DNA of 64,000 nucleotides, taken from positions 2,112,001 through 2,176,000 of the forward strand of contig OZ220741.1 of NCBI GenBank assembly GCA_965116885.1, written 5' to 3'. The translations under genes and the position numbers were made by a program. Shown here in pieces: positions 1 to 10,037 of this stretch. The first letter of the stretch is position 1. Every line of letters starts with the position of its first letter. This DNA is from Candidatus Latescibacterota bacterium. Its GTDB lineage: Bacteria > Latescibacterota > UBA2968. Under the pieces are notes generated by a model. That model searched no databases, was not told the DNA's origin, and saw only the letters and a list, made by a program, of their open reading frames with translations.

Positions 1-1358
1 CCCGACAATTTCGGCTTTACGATTTGATCTGGAAGCGCACATTGGCGACGCAGATGGCCGATGCGCGCATTGCATATACGACGATCCGCATTCGGGCTGG
101 TGATGCGGGCGAATTGATTTTTGAGGCAAAGGGGCAGCGCGTTTTATTTCCTGGATTTTTGAGGGTTTATGCCGAGGGATCAGATGATCCGGAGGCCAAT
201 ATCAGCGATAAAGATGTGATTTTGCCCAGGGTTGAAAAGGGGCAGGTGCTCAATTTGGAGAAGTTGCATTTGGAGCAGTTGTTTACCAAACCACCCGCGC
301 GTTATACCGAGGCGTCGCTGGTGAAGAAGCTCGAGAGCGAGGGTATTGGGCGTCCCTCGACTTATTCGCCGACGATTTCGACGATTCAGAGCCGGGAATA
401 TGTGGAACGCACGCGAGATAAGAAACTCAAACCCACAGATATCGGCGAGGTGGTGAACGATTTTTTGATGGCGCATTTTCCCGATATTGTCGATTTGGGT
501 TTTACGTCGCATCTCGAAGACGATTTTGACGAGATTGCACAGGGCAAAAATTCATGGAAAGAGATGTTAGAAGCGTTTTATCCGCCGTTTAATGAGCGGG
601 TGGAAGATAAAAAGTCGGTTGATAAAATTGGGCGCAATCTGGGGAAGGATCCCAATACAGGGCGCGAGGTGAGTGTGCGTTTTGGGCAGTATGGTCCCTA
701 TGTTCAGATTGGTAGTGCGGGTGAAGAAGAAAAGCCTTTGTTTGCATCTTTGCCACCCAATCGGAGTATTTTTGATATTGAATTGGCCGATGCGCTCAAG
801 TGTTTTGAATTGCCGCGCAAACTCGGGCAAAATGATGCGGGCGATGAGGTGCAGGTCAATAGTGGTCGGTATGGCCCTTATGTGCGAATAGGTCGCAACT
901 TTTTCTCCCTGCCAGAGGGAGAGGATCTGTTTGCGGTGACGCTGGATCGCGCATTGGAGATCGCGGCGGCTGAGAAGGATCGCAAAGCCAAAAATGTGAT
1001 TCAGGATTTTGGCGATTTCCAGGTGCTCAATGGTCGGTATGGTCCTTATATTCGCAAAGATGGAAAGAATTACAAGATTCCCAGAGGGATGGATGCGACG
1101 ACATTGGACCGCGAGACGCTCGAAAAACTCATGCAGGGCGGGGCGGGCGGCAGGCAGTCGCAGCAGGTGATTCACGATTTTGATGGGATTCAGGTTCTCG
1201 CCGGGCGCTATGGTCCTTATATCAAACACGATGGCAATAATTACCGCATTCCAAAGGACGTGGAGGCGTCGTCTTTGACAAAGGCGGCTTGCGAGAAAAT
1301 TATCGCGGAAAACCCGGCGACGAATAGGAGAAGGTCGAGAAGAAGAAGTAGGAAGTGA
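1..1358 (+). CDS. topA: DNA topoisomerase I, C-terminal part (gene begins upstream of the window)
   Basis: Open frame from the window edge (RQFRLYDLIWKRTLATQM); PPARYTEASLVKKLE and GIGRPSTY motifs; repeated GRYGPY C-terminal repeats; Arg-rich tail. Confidence 0.97.
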   Translation, partial: RQFRLYDLIWKRTLATQMADARIAYTTIRIRAGDAGELIFEAKGQRVLFPGFLRVYAEGSDDPEANISDKDVILPRVEKGQVLNLEKLHLEQLFTKPPARYTEASLVKKLESEGIGRPSTYSPTISTIQSREYVERTRDKKLKPTDIGEVVNDFLMAHFPDIVDLGFTSHLEDDFDEIAQGKNSWKEMLEAFYPPFNERVEDKKSVDKIGRNLGKDPNTGREVSVRFGQYGPYVQIGSAGEEEKPLFASLPPNRSIFDIELADALKCFELPRKLGQNDAGDEVQVNSGRYGPYVRIGRNFFSLPEGEDLFAVTLDRALEIAAAEKDRKAKNVIQDFGDFQVLNGRYGPYIRKDGKNYKIPRGMDATTLDRETLEKLMQGGAGGRQSQQVIHDFDGIQVLAGRYGPYIKHDGNNYRIPKDVEASSLTKAACEKIIAENPATNRRRSRRRSRK

Positions 1359-1366
1359 GAGGCAAC

Positions 1367-2254
1367 ATGAAAACATCCATTATCCAATTCCTCACTCACT
1401 TGTCGCGGCAGCGACGATTGTCCGATCATACGTGTGCGGCATATAACACGGATCTGGATCAGTTCGCCGCTTTTTTGCATGGGCGGCAGGTGGATCGCGT
1501 GGAACAGATTGACCGGAATGCGGTGCGGGATTTTTTGGGCTTTTTGCACAATAGGGGATTTGGTCGGCGGTCTGTTGCCCGAAAGCTGGCGGCGGTGCGA
1601 ACGTTTTTGAGTTATTTGTGCAATGTGGGCGATTTGGATCGGAATCCCGCACTCGATGTGCGCCCGCCCAGGCAGGATAAGATATTGCCCGTTCATCTGG
1701 ATGTTGACGAGGTTGCCCGCGCGATGTCCCTGCCGTCGCCCAATACGGTGTTGGGATTGCGCGATCGGGCGATTTTGGAGTTGTTTTACAGCGCGGGGAT
1801 TCGATTGCGCGAGCTTGCGGGTCTCAAAATTGAGGCTGTGGATCTGGCAGATAAACTGGTGCGGGTTGTGGGCAAGGGCAACAAAGAGCGATTGGTTCCT
1901 TTCGGGGAACCGGCTCGGGTCGCGCTGGTGGCTTATTTGATGCGGCGAGAGGAACTGGTTTCTGAGCAGACGACGGATAGACGGCATTTGTTTTTGGCGC
2001 GGTCTGGGCGTCCGCTGAGTCCCAGTGGTATTCAAGGTCGCGTTGCCCGGTATCTCAGCAAGGCGACCGGGCGGTCTTTGTCCCCCCATGCATTGCGCCA
2101 CGCCTATGCAACCCATCTGCTGGATGCGGGTGCAGATCTCAATGCAGTGAGAGAATTGCTCGGTCATGCGAGTCTTTCTACCACACAGGTTTATACGCAT
2201 GTGAGTGTTGAGCGGTTGAAAAGAGCCTATCGACAAGCGCATCCACGGGCGTGA
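1367..2254 (+). CDS. xerC: Tyrosine recombinase XerC/XerD family
   Basis: RDRAILELFYSAGIR, GKGNKER, SPHALRHAYATHLL, LLGHASLSTTQVY; directly after topA. Confidence 0.9.
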   Translation: MKTSIIQFLTHLSRQRRLSDHTCAAYNTDLDQFAAFLHGRQVDRVEQIDRNAVRDFLGFLHNRGFGRRSVARKLAAVRTFLSYLCNVGDLDRNPALDVRPPRQDKILPVHLDVDEVARAMSLPSPNTVLGLRDRAILELFYSAGIRLRELAGLKIEAVDLADKLVRVVGKGNKERLVPFGEPARVALVAYLMRREELVSEQTTDRRHLFLARSGRPLSPSGIQGRVARYLSKATGRSLSPHALRHAYATHLLDAGADLNAVRELLGHASLSTTQVYTHVSVERLKRAYRQAHPRA

Positions 2255-2265
2255 AACGAGGAAGT

Positions 2266-2547
2266 ATGATTCTCGGATACAAGGACCGCAGAACCGAGTT
2301 GTTCGCCAGTGGCGCATTTGTCGCTGCATTCCAGGGGTTTGAGAAGCAGGCAGCGAAGCGGCTTTCAATTTTGAATGCGGCACCCTCACTGGCTACCTTG
2401 AGGGCGTTACCGAGCAATCGTCTTGAAGCTCTCAAGGGGGCGCGGAGAGGACAGTATTCCATCCGAATCAATCGGCAGTGGCGTATCTGCTTTACCTGGT
2501 CCGGCAGTCCGGGGCCAACCGATGTCGAGATTGTAGATTATCACTAA
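2266..2547 (+). CDS. higB: HigB-like toxin (RelE/ParE superfamily)
   Basis: PSNRLEALKG-R-GQYSIRINRQWRICF and C-terminal VEIVDYH; sits upstream of an HTH antitoxin. Confidence 0.92.
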   Translation: MILGYKDRRTELFASGAFVAAFQGFEKQAAKRLSILNAAPSLATLRALPSNRLEALKGARRGQYSIRINRQWRICFTWSGSPGPTDVEIVDYH

Positions 2548-2567
2548 AATCGTAGAGGATCTGAGCC

Positions 2568-2858
2568 ATGTTGAAGCGAGTTGTTCATCCCGGAGAGATT
2601 CTACGAGACGAATTGGCGGAATTTGGAGTATCCCCAGCGACGTTTGCACATCAGATTGATGTGCCGCCGGATCGCATTGGTCAGATTATCGCGGGCAAGT
2701 GTTCTGTAGATAGCGATACCGCTTTGCGCTTCGGGCACTGGTTCGGGGTTGATCCTTTATTCTGGCTGAATCTTCAGATGCAGTTCGATCTCGTTGTGGC
2801 CGATCAGAAAGTTGGGATGGCTATACGAGCCTTACCCACTGCTCAGGAAAGCACCTGA
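2568..2858 (+). CDS. higA: HigA family addiction-module antitoxin (HTH)
   Basis: HPGEILRDEL, TALRFGHWFG, FWLNLQ motifs. Confidence 0.92.
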   Translation: MLKRVVHPGEILRDELAEFGVSPATFAHQIDVPPDRIGQIIAGKCSVDSDTALRFGHWFGVDPLFWLNLQMQFDLVVADQKVGMAIRALPTAQEST

Positions 2859-3031
2859 TGACACAACTTCCCGTATCATTGTTGAACGAACGATCTGTAG
2901 ATTTACAGAAACGCGGTATTGACAAAGCGCAGGCTGCAGATTTGCGTGAACGCCTGGCGACCTTTGCCGAAGACTGGGAAAGCCCGGAAATGAGTATTTA
3001 TGACAACTATGATGTAGCCAAATCCAATTAG
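2858..3031 (+). CDS. Small acidic protein (57 aa), possible orphan or truncated antitoxin
   Basis: Not in the ORF track; ATG overlaps the higA stop (TGATG); MTQLPVSLLNERSVDLQKRGIDKAQAADLRERLATFAEDWESPEMSIYDNYDVAKSN; fills the gap to the next gene. Confidence 0.6.
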   Translation: MTQLPVSLLNERSVDLQKRGIDKAQAADLRERLATFAEDWESPEMSIYDNYDVAKSN

Positions 3032-3033
3032 AC

Positions 3034-4683
3034 ATGCCTGCGCTCGCGTCTCACGTCTTACCTCTTACCTTTTTCTTTCTTTTTTTTGCCTGTGCGCGGC
3101 AGATGCCTCCGCCGGGAGGGCCGCTCGATAAAACGCCGCCGAGGGTGATTGATACAGTGCCCGCAGATGATTCTGTGCGAGTCGGGCTGGATACGCCGAT
3201 TCGCATTCGCTTTTCTGAGGCGATGGATCGCAGGTCGGTCGAGCGGGCATTATTTGTTTCCCCACAGGGGGCTGAGGAATTCGATTTCAAGTGGCGTGGG
3301 GATGTGTTGGAAATTCGATTGCCCGATGGATTGCAAGCCGACCGAACGTATCTGGTCACGGTGGGGCAGGAGAGCGCGGATGAGTGGCGCAACCGCATGC
3401 GGGCTTCTTATAGTTTTGGATTTGCGACGGGAGATCGATTAAATCGCGGGGAACTCAACGGGCGGGTGTTGCAGTCTAAGGAGCAGACGGGACAAGTTTT
3501 TGTTTGGGTTTATGATCTGTCTGTGGTGACAGCACCCGATCCTGGAAGAGACCGTCCCACTTATGTGACGCAGCCCGATGAGACGGGTCATTTTGTATTG
3601 CCGCGGTTGGGTTCTGGGAATTATCGGACATTTGCTTTTGGCGATCAGAATAATGATCGCACGTATTCATCAGGCGACTTGTTGGCACTTCCGCCCGGCG
3701 ATGTGGCGTTTACCGGTGAGGAGCGCGTTCGTCTGGGCGATCTCAAATTCGCGGTGCGCGATACGTCAGCACCTGTGCTCGCTGCTGTCCGCACGCCCGA
3801 TCAACAGCATATTTTGATGCGTTTTGATGAACCAGTACGCGTTTTAGGCGTTGAAATAACCGACCTTTCGGTATTGGAGATATATCAAGACCCCGTTGAT
3901 TCGAGTGGGGTGGGGGTGATCACCGAACCGCAAACACGGGGTGTGGAATATACAGCGCGGGTTGATATTGTGGATCGCTGGGGCAATCGCGATACTACAG
4001 ATGCAACAGTGCGAGGCGATGGTACGCGCGATCGACGCGCGCCAGAGGTGTTGGCAATCTCACCGGTGGAGAATGCCGAGAATGTTTTGCCAACGGCTGA
4101 GGTTCGCATGTTGTTTTCCGATGCGATGCGTGTAGATGTCGTGTCTGACTTCTGGATAGCGTCGGATTCGACGGTTGTTCCCCAGGGGCATTTTGAATGG
4201 GTTGCGCCCAATCATCTCGTGTTTACACCGGATAGTCTGTGGACGAGTGGGGAGACGGTTCGACTTATTGGACATCGCGAAAGGCTATTGGATATTGGCG
4301 GCAATATTCTTTCTGAACCGATTCCGTTTGTTTTTTCTGTGATGGATACCGCGGCACTGGGGCGCATTTCCGGGACGACATCTTCTTCTGATGTGGTGAT
4401 ATGGGTGGAGGGGGTGACGCATGATTTTTTTCGGGAACAGGTTTTGCGGGATACGACGTTTAGTTTGACGAATATGCTTCCAGGGACGTATCGCATTTCC
4501 GGATTTTTAGATCGCGACCGCAATGGCTATTGGATGTCTGGGCAAGTCCATCCGTTTTTGCCCGCAGAGCCTCTGGTCGCGCAGGCTGATACTGTAGAGG
4601 TGCGGGCGCGGTGGGAGACGGAGGTGGAGAGGTTGGAATCCAAAATCTGGTGGATGTTGCCAACCGGTGAGGAGCGTCCGTGA
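3034..4683 (+). CDS. Lipoprotein with Ig-like (Big_5-type) domains
   Basis: Lipobox FFAC followed by PPGGPLDKTPPRV; two P-V--P...I-FSE/D-M Ig-like repeats. Confidence 0.8.
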   Translation: MPALASHVLPLTFFFLFFACARQMPPPGGPLDKTPPRVIDTVPADDSVRVGLDTPIRIRFSEAMDRRSVERALFVSPQGAEEFDFKWRGDVLEIRLPDGLQADRTYLVTVGQESADEWRNRMRASYSFGFATGDRLNRGELNGRVLQSKEQTGQVFVWVYDLSVVTAPDPGRDRPTYVTQPDETGHFVLPRLGSGNYRTFAFGDQNNDRTYSSGDLLALPPGDVAFTGEERVRLGDLKFAVRDTSAPVLAAVRTPDQQHILMRFDEPVRVLGVEITDLSVLEIYQDPVDSSGVGVITEPQTRGVEYTARVDIVDRWGNRDTTDATVRGDGTRDRRAPEVLAISPVENAENVLPTAEVRMLFSDAMRVDVVSDFWIASDSTVVPQGHFEWVAPNHLVFTPDSLWTSGETVRLIGHRERLLDIGGNILSEPIPFVFSVMDTAALGRISGTTSSSDVVIWVEGVTHDFFREQVLRDTTFSLTNMLPGTYRISGFLDRDRNGYWMSGQVHPFLPAEPLVAQADTVEVRARWETEVERLESKIWWMLPTGEERP

Positions 4684-5072
4684 TGTTCTTCTGGAAATAT
4701 CGAGGTCAGTTGCGTCAGGTGGGTGTTATTATTGGTCTTCTGGTATTGATATGCGCGGTGTTGTTTTATCAGTTTACATATCGCACGCCCGAAGACGCAG
4801 AGCGAGAACGCGCCCGTATTATATTGCAACGCATTGCGGCTCTACAACACGCATATCGCGCAGAATATGGCACTTATTTGCCTATTGATGGAAAAAATAA
4901 CAGTGGTATTTTACAACTCAATAATGCGCCCGGACGGTTTCGCTATCGGGTGACGGTTTCAGAGGATGGCTTCGTGGCGTATGCAGAAGCAGATTTTGAT
5001 CGAGATGGCAAAGCTGAGGTGTGGGTGGTGGATGCAAGGGAATCGGAACCGGTACTTAAACATGAGGATTAA
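4680..5072 (+). CDS. Pilin-like membrane-anchored hypothetical protein
   Basis: N-terminal TM helix, then ARIILQRIAALQHAYRAEYGTY resembling a pilin alpha-helix; overlaps the upstream stop. Confidence 0.55.
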   Translation: MMFFWKYRGQLRQVGVIIGLLVLICAVLFYQFTYRTPEDAERERARIILQRIAALQHAYRAEYGTYLPIDGKNNSGILQLNNAPGRFRYRVTVSEDGFVAYAEADFDRDGKAEVWVVDARESEPVLKHED

Positions 5073-7568
5073 ATGGTGAAAAAAATTTGCGTTGTTGGGC
5101 TTCTGCTCGCTCTGTGGGTTGGTGCAGAGGGGTATGTGCTTTTTATGGAGGAAAATTCGCGTGGGCAAATTGTGACATTGCGCTGGTCGCCTTCTCGGGC
5201 CAGGGCTGGTATTCCCTTTGTGGTCAATGTCGGGAGTTTTCCCTTTCCCGAAGCCGATGTGGTGCGGATTGCACAGCAGGGGTTTAACAACTGGGGCGCG
5301 GTGCCGTCGGCATTTATTACATCCGTATATGAAGGTACAACACAGCTTGAAGTGTCGGGCAATGATAATCGCAATGTGATTATTTTCGATGCTACGGGAG
5401 AGCTTATAGGAATACCTGAGGATGTGGGGTTCATTGCAGTTGCACTGATTACCGAGAATGACGACGGTTTTATTACGGATGTGGATATTGTTTTTAATGG
5501 GCGGGATCATACGTTTTCGATTGAGGAGAATACTACGCCTGAGGACTTGACCGATCTTCAGGCTGTGATGACGCATGAAATCGGCCATTTGTTGGGGCTG
5601 GCTCATTCTCCCTGGGTGGGAGAACCCGAACTGCGTGCGACAATGTTTCCCTATACTTCGTCCCAAGCACGTTCTCTGGAAGTCGATGACCGTGCGGGTA
5701 TAACGGCGTTGTATCCGGTTGAAGGGCTTACCGGTGGGATACGTGGACAAGTTCTGGATGCCGACGGTCCCACATTTGGCGTGCATGTGGTGGTTTATCA
5801 GGCGGACACTGTGTTTGTCGCGAGTGCTCTGTCGGGTTCGGCTGGGGAACAAAAGGGGCCCAATGGCGATGGGCGATATGAAATTCTCGGTTTGCCCCCG
5901 GGCGATTACCACGTTGCAATTGAGCCACACCATTTCGCAATTTCTGCTGATAATTTTGGCGGTATTTTTCAGACATTATATGAGGAAAGATTCGAAAAAG
6001 AGTACTATAATAATGCGTTTTTGCAGGACCGTGCTCAGATTATACGCGTTGAAATCGATCGCGTGATAGAAAATGTCGATTTTGCGATTGGACCTTCTGT
6101 GGCGGGCGCGCCTTTTATTCGGGAGACTATTTTTCCAGCCAATACGCCCGATCCCAATGGCCCCTATCGCTTTTCGGCAAGGGTGACCGATAATAACGGG
6201 GTGGCAAATGTCGAATTGCATTATCGGATCAATGGTGGGGGCGTGCAGGTGTTGCCAATGCCCCATACGGGTAACGATATTTTTGCTGCTGAACTCGACG
6301 GACAAAATGTGGGATCGCGGATTGAATATCGGGTGATTGCGCGAGACGGCGATGGCAATGAAACGCCTTCACCGCCACCTGAATTGCCCATGTTGCAATT
6401 CGATGTGATATCGCTTTCTGGAGCGCCTGTACTTTTTGTCGCATTGCGAGATGAAGATGTAGTGGCCGTTATCGATATGGGATCGGATGAAGAGGTGGCG
6501 CGCATTCCCACTGGCGTGGTGCCCTTGAGTGTTTTGATGACGCCGGATCAGCGCTATTTGTTTGTCGCCAATACGGGGGGATCTGCCGGTACATCTGAGA
6601 ATCGGGTCACAGTTATCGAGACTGCCACGCATCAGGTGGCGGCGAATATTACGGTTGACAATGCGCCTTTGGATCTCGCTGTGAGCGCAGATGGGCAACT
6701 GGTCTATGTCACCAATTCACAGTCTAAGAGCATTTCGGTTATCGAGGTGGCGAGTTTGACTGTGCGCAATCGCATTCGGGTGCCGGTCGTTAATGACGGC
6801 GGTCCTTATGGTGTGGCGATTCATCCGGATGGAAAGCGGCTTTATGTCACAGATATCCAGAACAATCAGGTGCTAATTGTCGATACCGCACTCAGGGCGA
6901 CGGTTGGTCGCATTGAAGTGATTGAGGATCCCCGCTCATTGGTTATATCTGCGGATGGGAAGCGGTTGTATGTATCGGGGGGGGACTTTGGTGACGTTGG
7001 CAGTGGCGGTATTGCGGTGATTGATACCGAGTCGGAGTCTGTGGTGACAACGATTCGGATGGATGCCGGGATATTTCGCCTTGCTTTATCGCCGGATGGT
7101 TCGCGGTTATACGGAACCGATCGCACGAATGCCCAATTGATCGTCGTCGATGTGGCGCAAAATCGCGTTGTGAATCGCGTTCGGGTTTTGCCCGAAGGTG
7201 AGGAGACGCGTTCTTTGTTTGTGTCGCGCGACGGGTCGCAGATATATGTGGCGAATCAGAATTCGAATGAACTGGTTATTTTTGATGCGGAGTCGTTTCA
7301 GATTCTGAGAACGCTGAATTTTGAAGATAGGCCGCGCGGTATGGCGGTGCGATCTCAGCCAGCTGTGTTTTTGCCTTTGAAGGAGATAGCCGCTCAAGCG
7401 GATTTCGATAGCAATGGCAAGATCGACTTTGGCGACTTTCTCCTGTTTGTTGCCGCTTTTGGTGCTGAGAATCCCGATGCGCGTTTTGACTTAAATGAGG
7501 ATGGTCAGGTCAATTTTGGCGATTTTTTGTTGTTCACCAGTGTTTTCGGAAGAACGGTAAGCGCGTAA
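5073..7568 (+). CDS. Secreted matrixin (M10) metallopeptidase with YVTN beta-propeller and C-terminal EF-hand/dockerin-like domain
   Basis: Signal peptide; HEIGHLLGLAH plus ATMFP Met-turn; LFVAN/VYVTN/LYVTD repeats; two DxxxxGxxxFGDFLLF repeats. Confidence 0.85.
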   Translation: MVKKICVVGLLLALWVGAEGYVLFMEENSRGQIVTLRWSPSRARAGIPFVVNVGSFPFPEADVVRIAQQGFNNWGAVPSAFITSVYEGTTQLEVSGNDNRNVIIFDATGELIGIPEDVGFIAVALITENDDGFITDVDIVFNGRDHTFSIEENTTPEDLTDLQAVMTHEIGHLLGLAHSPWVGEPELRATMFPYTSSQARSLEVDDRAGITALYPVEGLTGGIRGQVLDADGPTFGVHVVVYQADTVFVASALSGSAGEQKGPNGDGRYEILGLPPGDYHVAIEPHHFAISADNFGGIFQTLYEERFEKEYYNNAFLQDRAQIIRVEIDRVIENVDFAIGPSVAGAPFIRETIFPANTPDPNGPYRFSARVTDNNGVANVELHYRINGGGVQVLPMPHTGNDIFAAELDGQNVGSRIEYRVIARDGDGNETPSPPPELPMLQFDVISLSGAPVLFVALRDEDVVAVIDMGSDEEVARIPTGVVPLSVLMTPDQRYLFVANTGGSAGTSENRVTVIETATHQVAANITVDNAPLDLAVSADGQLVYVTNSQSKSISVIEVASLTVRNRIRVPVVNDGGPYGVAIHPDGKRLYVTDIQNNQVLIVDTALRATVGRIEVIEDPRSLVISADGKRLYVSGGDFGDVGSGGIAVIDTESESVVTTIRMDAGIFRLALSPDGSRLYGTDRTNAQLIVVDVAQNRVVNRVRVLPEGEETRSLFVSRDGSQIYVANQNSNELVIFDAESFQILRTLNFEDRPRGMAVRSQPAVFLPLKEIAAQADFDSNGKIDFGDFLLFVAAFGAENPDARFDLNEDGQVNFGDFLLFTSVFGRTVSA

Positions 7569-7592
7569 TATGCGATAATTCCCGAAAAATAA

Positions 7593-7626
7593 AAAAAGCT
7601 CTGGATGCCCGGAGCTTTTTTCTTTT
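7593..7626 (+). terminator. Rho-independent terminator
   Basis: aaaaagctctgg/ccggagcttttt hairpin with T run. Confidence 0.8.
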
Positions 7627-7690
7627 TGCGCTTAGATTGTGGTGTATATTGCAATGGTGTGTGATTTTTTAGTTTTTTTACAAGGAGGAT

Positions 7691-8557
7691 ATGATGACGT
7701 TTGGACAGGGTGATTATGTCTATACGGTGGAGGAAAATTGGTGGTCGTTGCCCGAGGGTTGGTCGTTTGGGTGGATACCGGCAGTGGCTGTTGATTCGCA
7801 GGATCGCGTTTATGTGTACAGTCGCAGCGAGCACCCGATGGTGGTTTTTGATCGCGAAGGCAATTTTTTGTCTTCGTGGGGCGAAGATGTGTTAAAGGAT
7901 GCGCATGGCATTTATATCGATGCGGAGGATCACGTCTATTGTGTGGAGCGCAACACGCATTGTTTGCGGAAGTTTAGTTGTGATGGCGAGTTGTTGATGA
8001 CGGTGGGGACGCCCGATCGGGAAGGCGATGAGGGTGAGCCGTTTCGGTTGCCGACCGATGTCGCATTTGATTCTCAGGGGTTTATGTATGTGTCCGATGG
8101 GTATGGCAATGCGAGGATGCACAAATTCACGCCCGATGGGGAGTTGATCAAGTCATGGGGAGAACCGGGTACGGGACCGGGGCAATTTGATCTGGTGCAT
8201 TCTGTGCGGGTCGATAAAGATGACCGTTTGTGGGTGGCAGATCGGAGCAATAATCGCATTCAATTTTTCGATACTGAGGGTAATTTCCAGGGTGAGTGGA
8301 CGGGCTTACATCAACCCGATACTGTTTATATTGATGACGACGATGGGGTGGTTTATATCGCGGAGTTGGATCAGCGGGTGAGTATCTGGACGGTTGATGG
8401 CGAGAAATTGTCTGAGTGGGGGGGCGGTGTTGAAAGCGATATCCCGGGGGAGTTCAAGAAGTGTCCGCACGGTATCTGGCTGGATTCTCACGGCGATTTG
8501 TATGTTGGAGAAGTGCAGACAGATGCCCGGTTGCAAAAGTTTATTCGACAAAGATAA
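7691..8557 (+). CDS. NHL-repeat protein (peptidylglycine alpha-amidating lyase-like)
   Basis: VAVDSQDRVYV, PTDVAFD-YVSDGYGNAR, PHGIWLDSHGDLYVGEV repeats. Confidence 0.85.
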   Translation: MMTFGQGDYVYTVEENWWSLPEGWSFGWIPAVAVDSQDRVYVYSRSEHPMVVFDREGNFLSSWGEDVLKDAHGIYIDAEDHVYCVERNTHCLRKFSCDGELLMTVGTPDREGDEGEPFRLPTDVAFDSQGFMYVSDGYGNARMHKFTPDGELIKSWGEPGTGPGQFDLVHSVRVDKDDRLWVADRSNNRIQFFDTEGNFQGEWTGLHQPDTVYIDDDDGVVYIAELDQRVSIWTVDGEKLSEWGGGVESDIPGEFKKCPHGIWLDSHGDLYVGEVQTDARLQKFIRQR

Positions 8558-8564
8558 GACAGTG

Positions 8565-9413
8565 ATGATTGAGGGTATTGTTACTTATGGTCGGATGATT
8601 AAATTCGGCCACAGTATTTTTGCCTTGCCATTCGCGCTTTCGGGCGCGGTATTGACTGGACACGGGATTTCGTCCGAGCAGGTGTTCTGGATTGTGGTGG
8701 CAATGGTGGGCGCGAGAAGTGCGGCCATGGGGTTTAATCGGCTTGTGGATCGGAAAATGGATGCGGCCAATCCGCGCACATCTAACCGCGAGTTACCGCG
8801 GGGGGTTATTTCTGCGGGTGCTGTGAAAGTGTTTGTTTGTGTGTTTTCTGCGCTACTCGTTTTTGCGGCTTATAAGTTAAATCCACTGTGTTTGATGCTG
8901 TCCCCCGTGGCATTGGGTATTGTATTTTTTTATTCTTATACAAAACGGTTTACGTGGGCTACGCAGCTTTTTCTCGGTTTGGCATTGTCTCTCGCGCCTG
9001 TGGGCGCGTGGATTGCGGTGACGGGACAATTGGATGCGAAAATTTTACTGCTCGGTGGTGCGGTGTTGATGTGGGTCGCGGGGTTTGATGTGATTTACGC
9101 CTGTCAGGATGCCGAGTTTGATCGGCAGTTTGGGGTGTATTCGATTCCACAGAAATTTGGGATTGGTTTCGCATTGTGGATTGCGCGAATATTTCATGTG
9201 ATTGCTTTTGGTTTGATGGTGGGCGTGGGGCGGGTATTTGAATTGGGGATGATTTATGTAGCTGGCGTGGTGTGCGTGGGATGTTTGCTGATTTACGAGC
9301 ATTATCTGGTGAGGCACAGGGATTTGTCAAAGGCGGGCATGGCGTCTTTGACAATGAATGGCGTGGTCAGTGTGGTGTATTTTGTGGGGACGCTGGTCGA
9401 TTTGTTGTTGTAA
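8565..9413 (+). CDS. UbiA-family prenyltransferase (MqnP-like)
   Basis: IKFGHSIFALPFAL, NRLVDRKMDAANPRT and DVIYACQD Asp-rich motifs; multiple TM helices. Confidence 0.9.
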   Translation: MIEGIVTYGRMIKFGHSIFALPFALSGAVLTGHGISSEQVFWIVVAMVGARSAAMGFNRLVDRKMDAANPRTSNRELPRGVISAGAVKVFVCVFSALLVFAAYKLNPLCLMLSPVALGIVFFYSYTKRFTWATQLFLGLALSLAPVGAWIAVTGQLDAKILLLGGAVLMWVAGFDVIYACQDAEFDRQFGVYSIPQKFGIGFALWIARIFHVIAFGLMVGVGRVFELGMIYVAGVVCVGCLLIYEHYLVRHRDLSKAGMASLTMNGVVSVVYFVGTLVDLLL

Positions 9414-9440
9414 TCCGCTGTATCTGGGATTCTGTTTGCT

Positions 9441-10037
9441 ATGAAACGAATTACGGTTGCAATTACAGGGGCAAGTGGGGCTATTTATGCGTTGCGCACA
9501 TTGCGCGCGTTGCTGATGCACAGGGTTGCCGTGGATGTGGTGATATCCGAATTTGGCTGGATGTTGCTGCGAGATGAGGCGGGCTTTGAGGGAAAACAGC
9601 GAGATTTTGGTGGTTTTATCCGGGAACTTTACGGTGTTTCGGTGGATAATATGGCACTGCATCCACTTAAGGATCTCGCTGCAACGCTGGCGAGCGGTTC
9701 GGCGCAGTCAGATGGCATGGTGGTGGTGCCGTGTTCGATGAAAACATTGGCGAGTATAGCCCATGGGTTATCGCGCAATTTGATTGAGCGCGCTGCAGAT
9801 GTCACGTTGAAAGAACGTCGGGCGCTCATTATCGTGCCTCGCGAGACGCCTATGAATGTGATTCAATTGCGCAACATGGTGGCGGTGGCCGAAGCGGGTG
9901 CTGTTGTGGTGCCGGCGATGCCGGCATTTTATCAAAAGCCGGAGACGTTCGATGATTTGGCGGATTTTGTCGTTGGTCGAATTTTGAGTTTGTTGCGTAT
10001 TGAGCACGATTTGTATCCGGCGTGGGAAGGGAACTAA
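9441..10037 (+). CDS. ubiX: UbiX-family flavin prenyltransferase
   Basis: ITGASG, ASGS, VPCSMKTL, RAADVTLKERR, PRETP, PAFY. Confidence 0.93.
   Translation: MKRITVAITGASGAIYALRTLRALLMHRVAVDVVISEFGWMLLRDEAGFEGKQRDFGGFIRELYGVSVDNMALHPLKDLAATLASGSAQSDGMVVVPCSMKTLASIAHGLSRNLIERAADVTLKERRALIIVPRETPMNVIQLRNMVAVAEAGAVVVPAMPAFYQKPETFDDLADFVVGRILSLLRIEHDLYPAWEGN

Noticed and set aside
1367..3031. xerC as phage/integron integrase with a TA cargo island
   Set aside because: Sequence and topA linkage fit housekeeping XerC; no IntI-specific insertion or att repeats were evident
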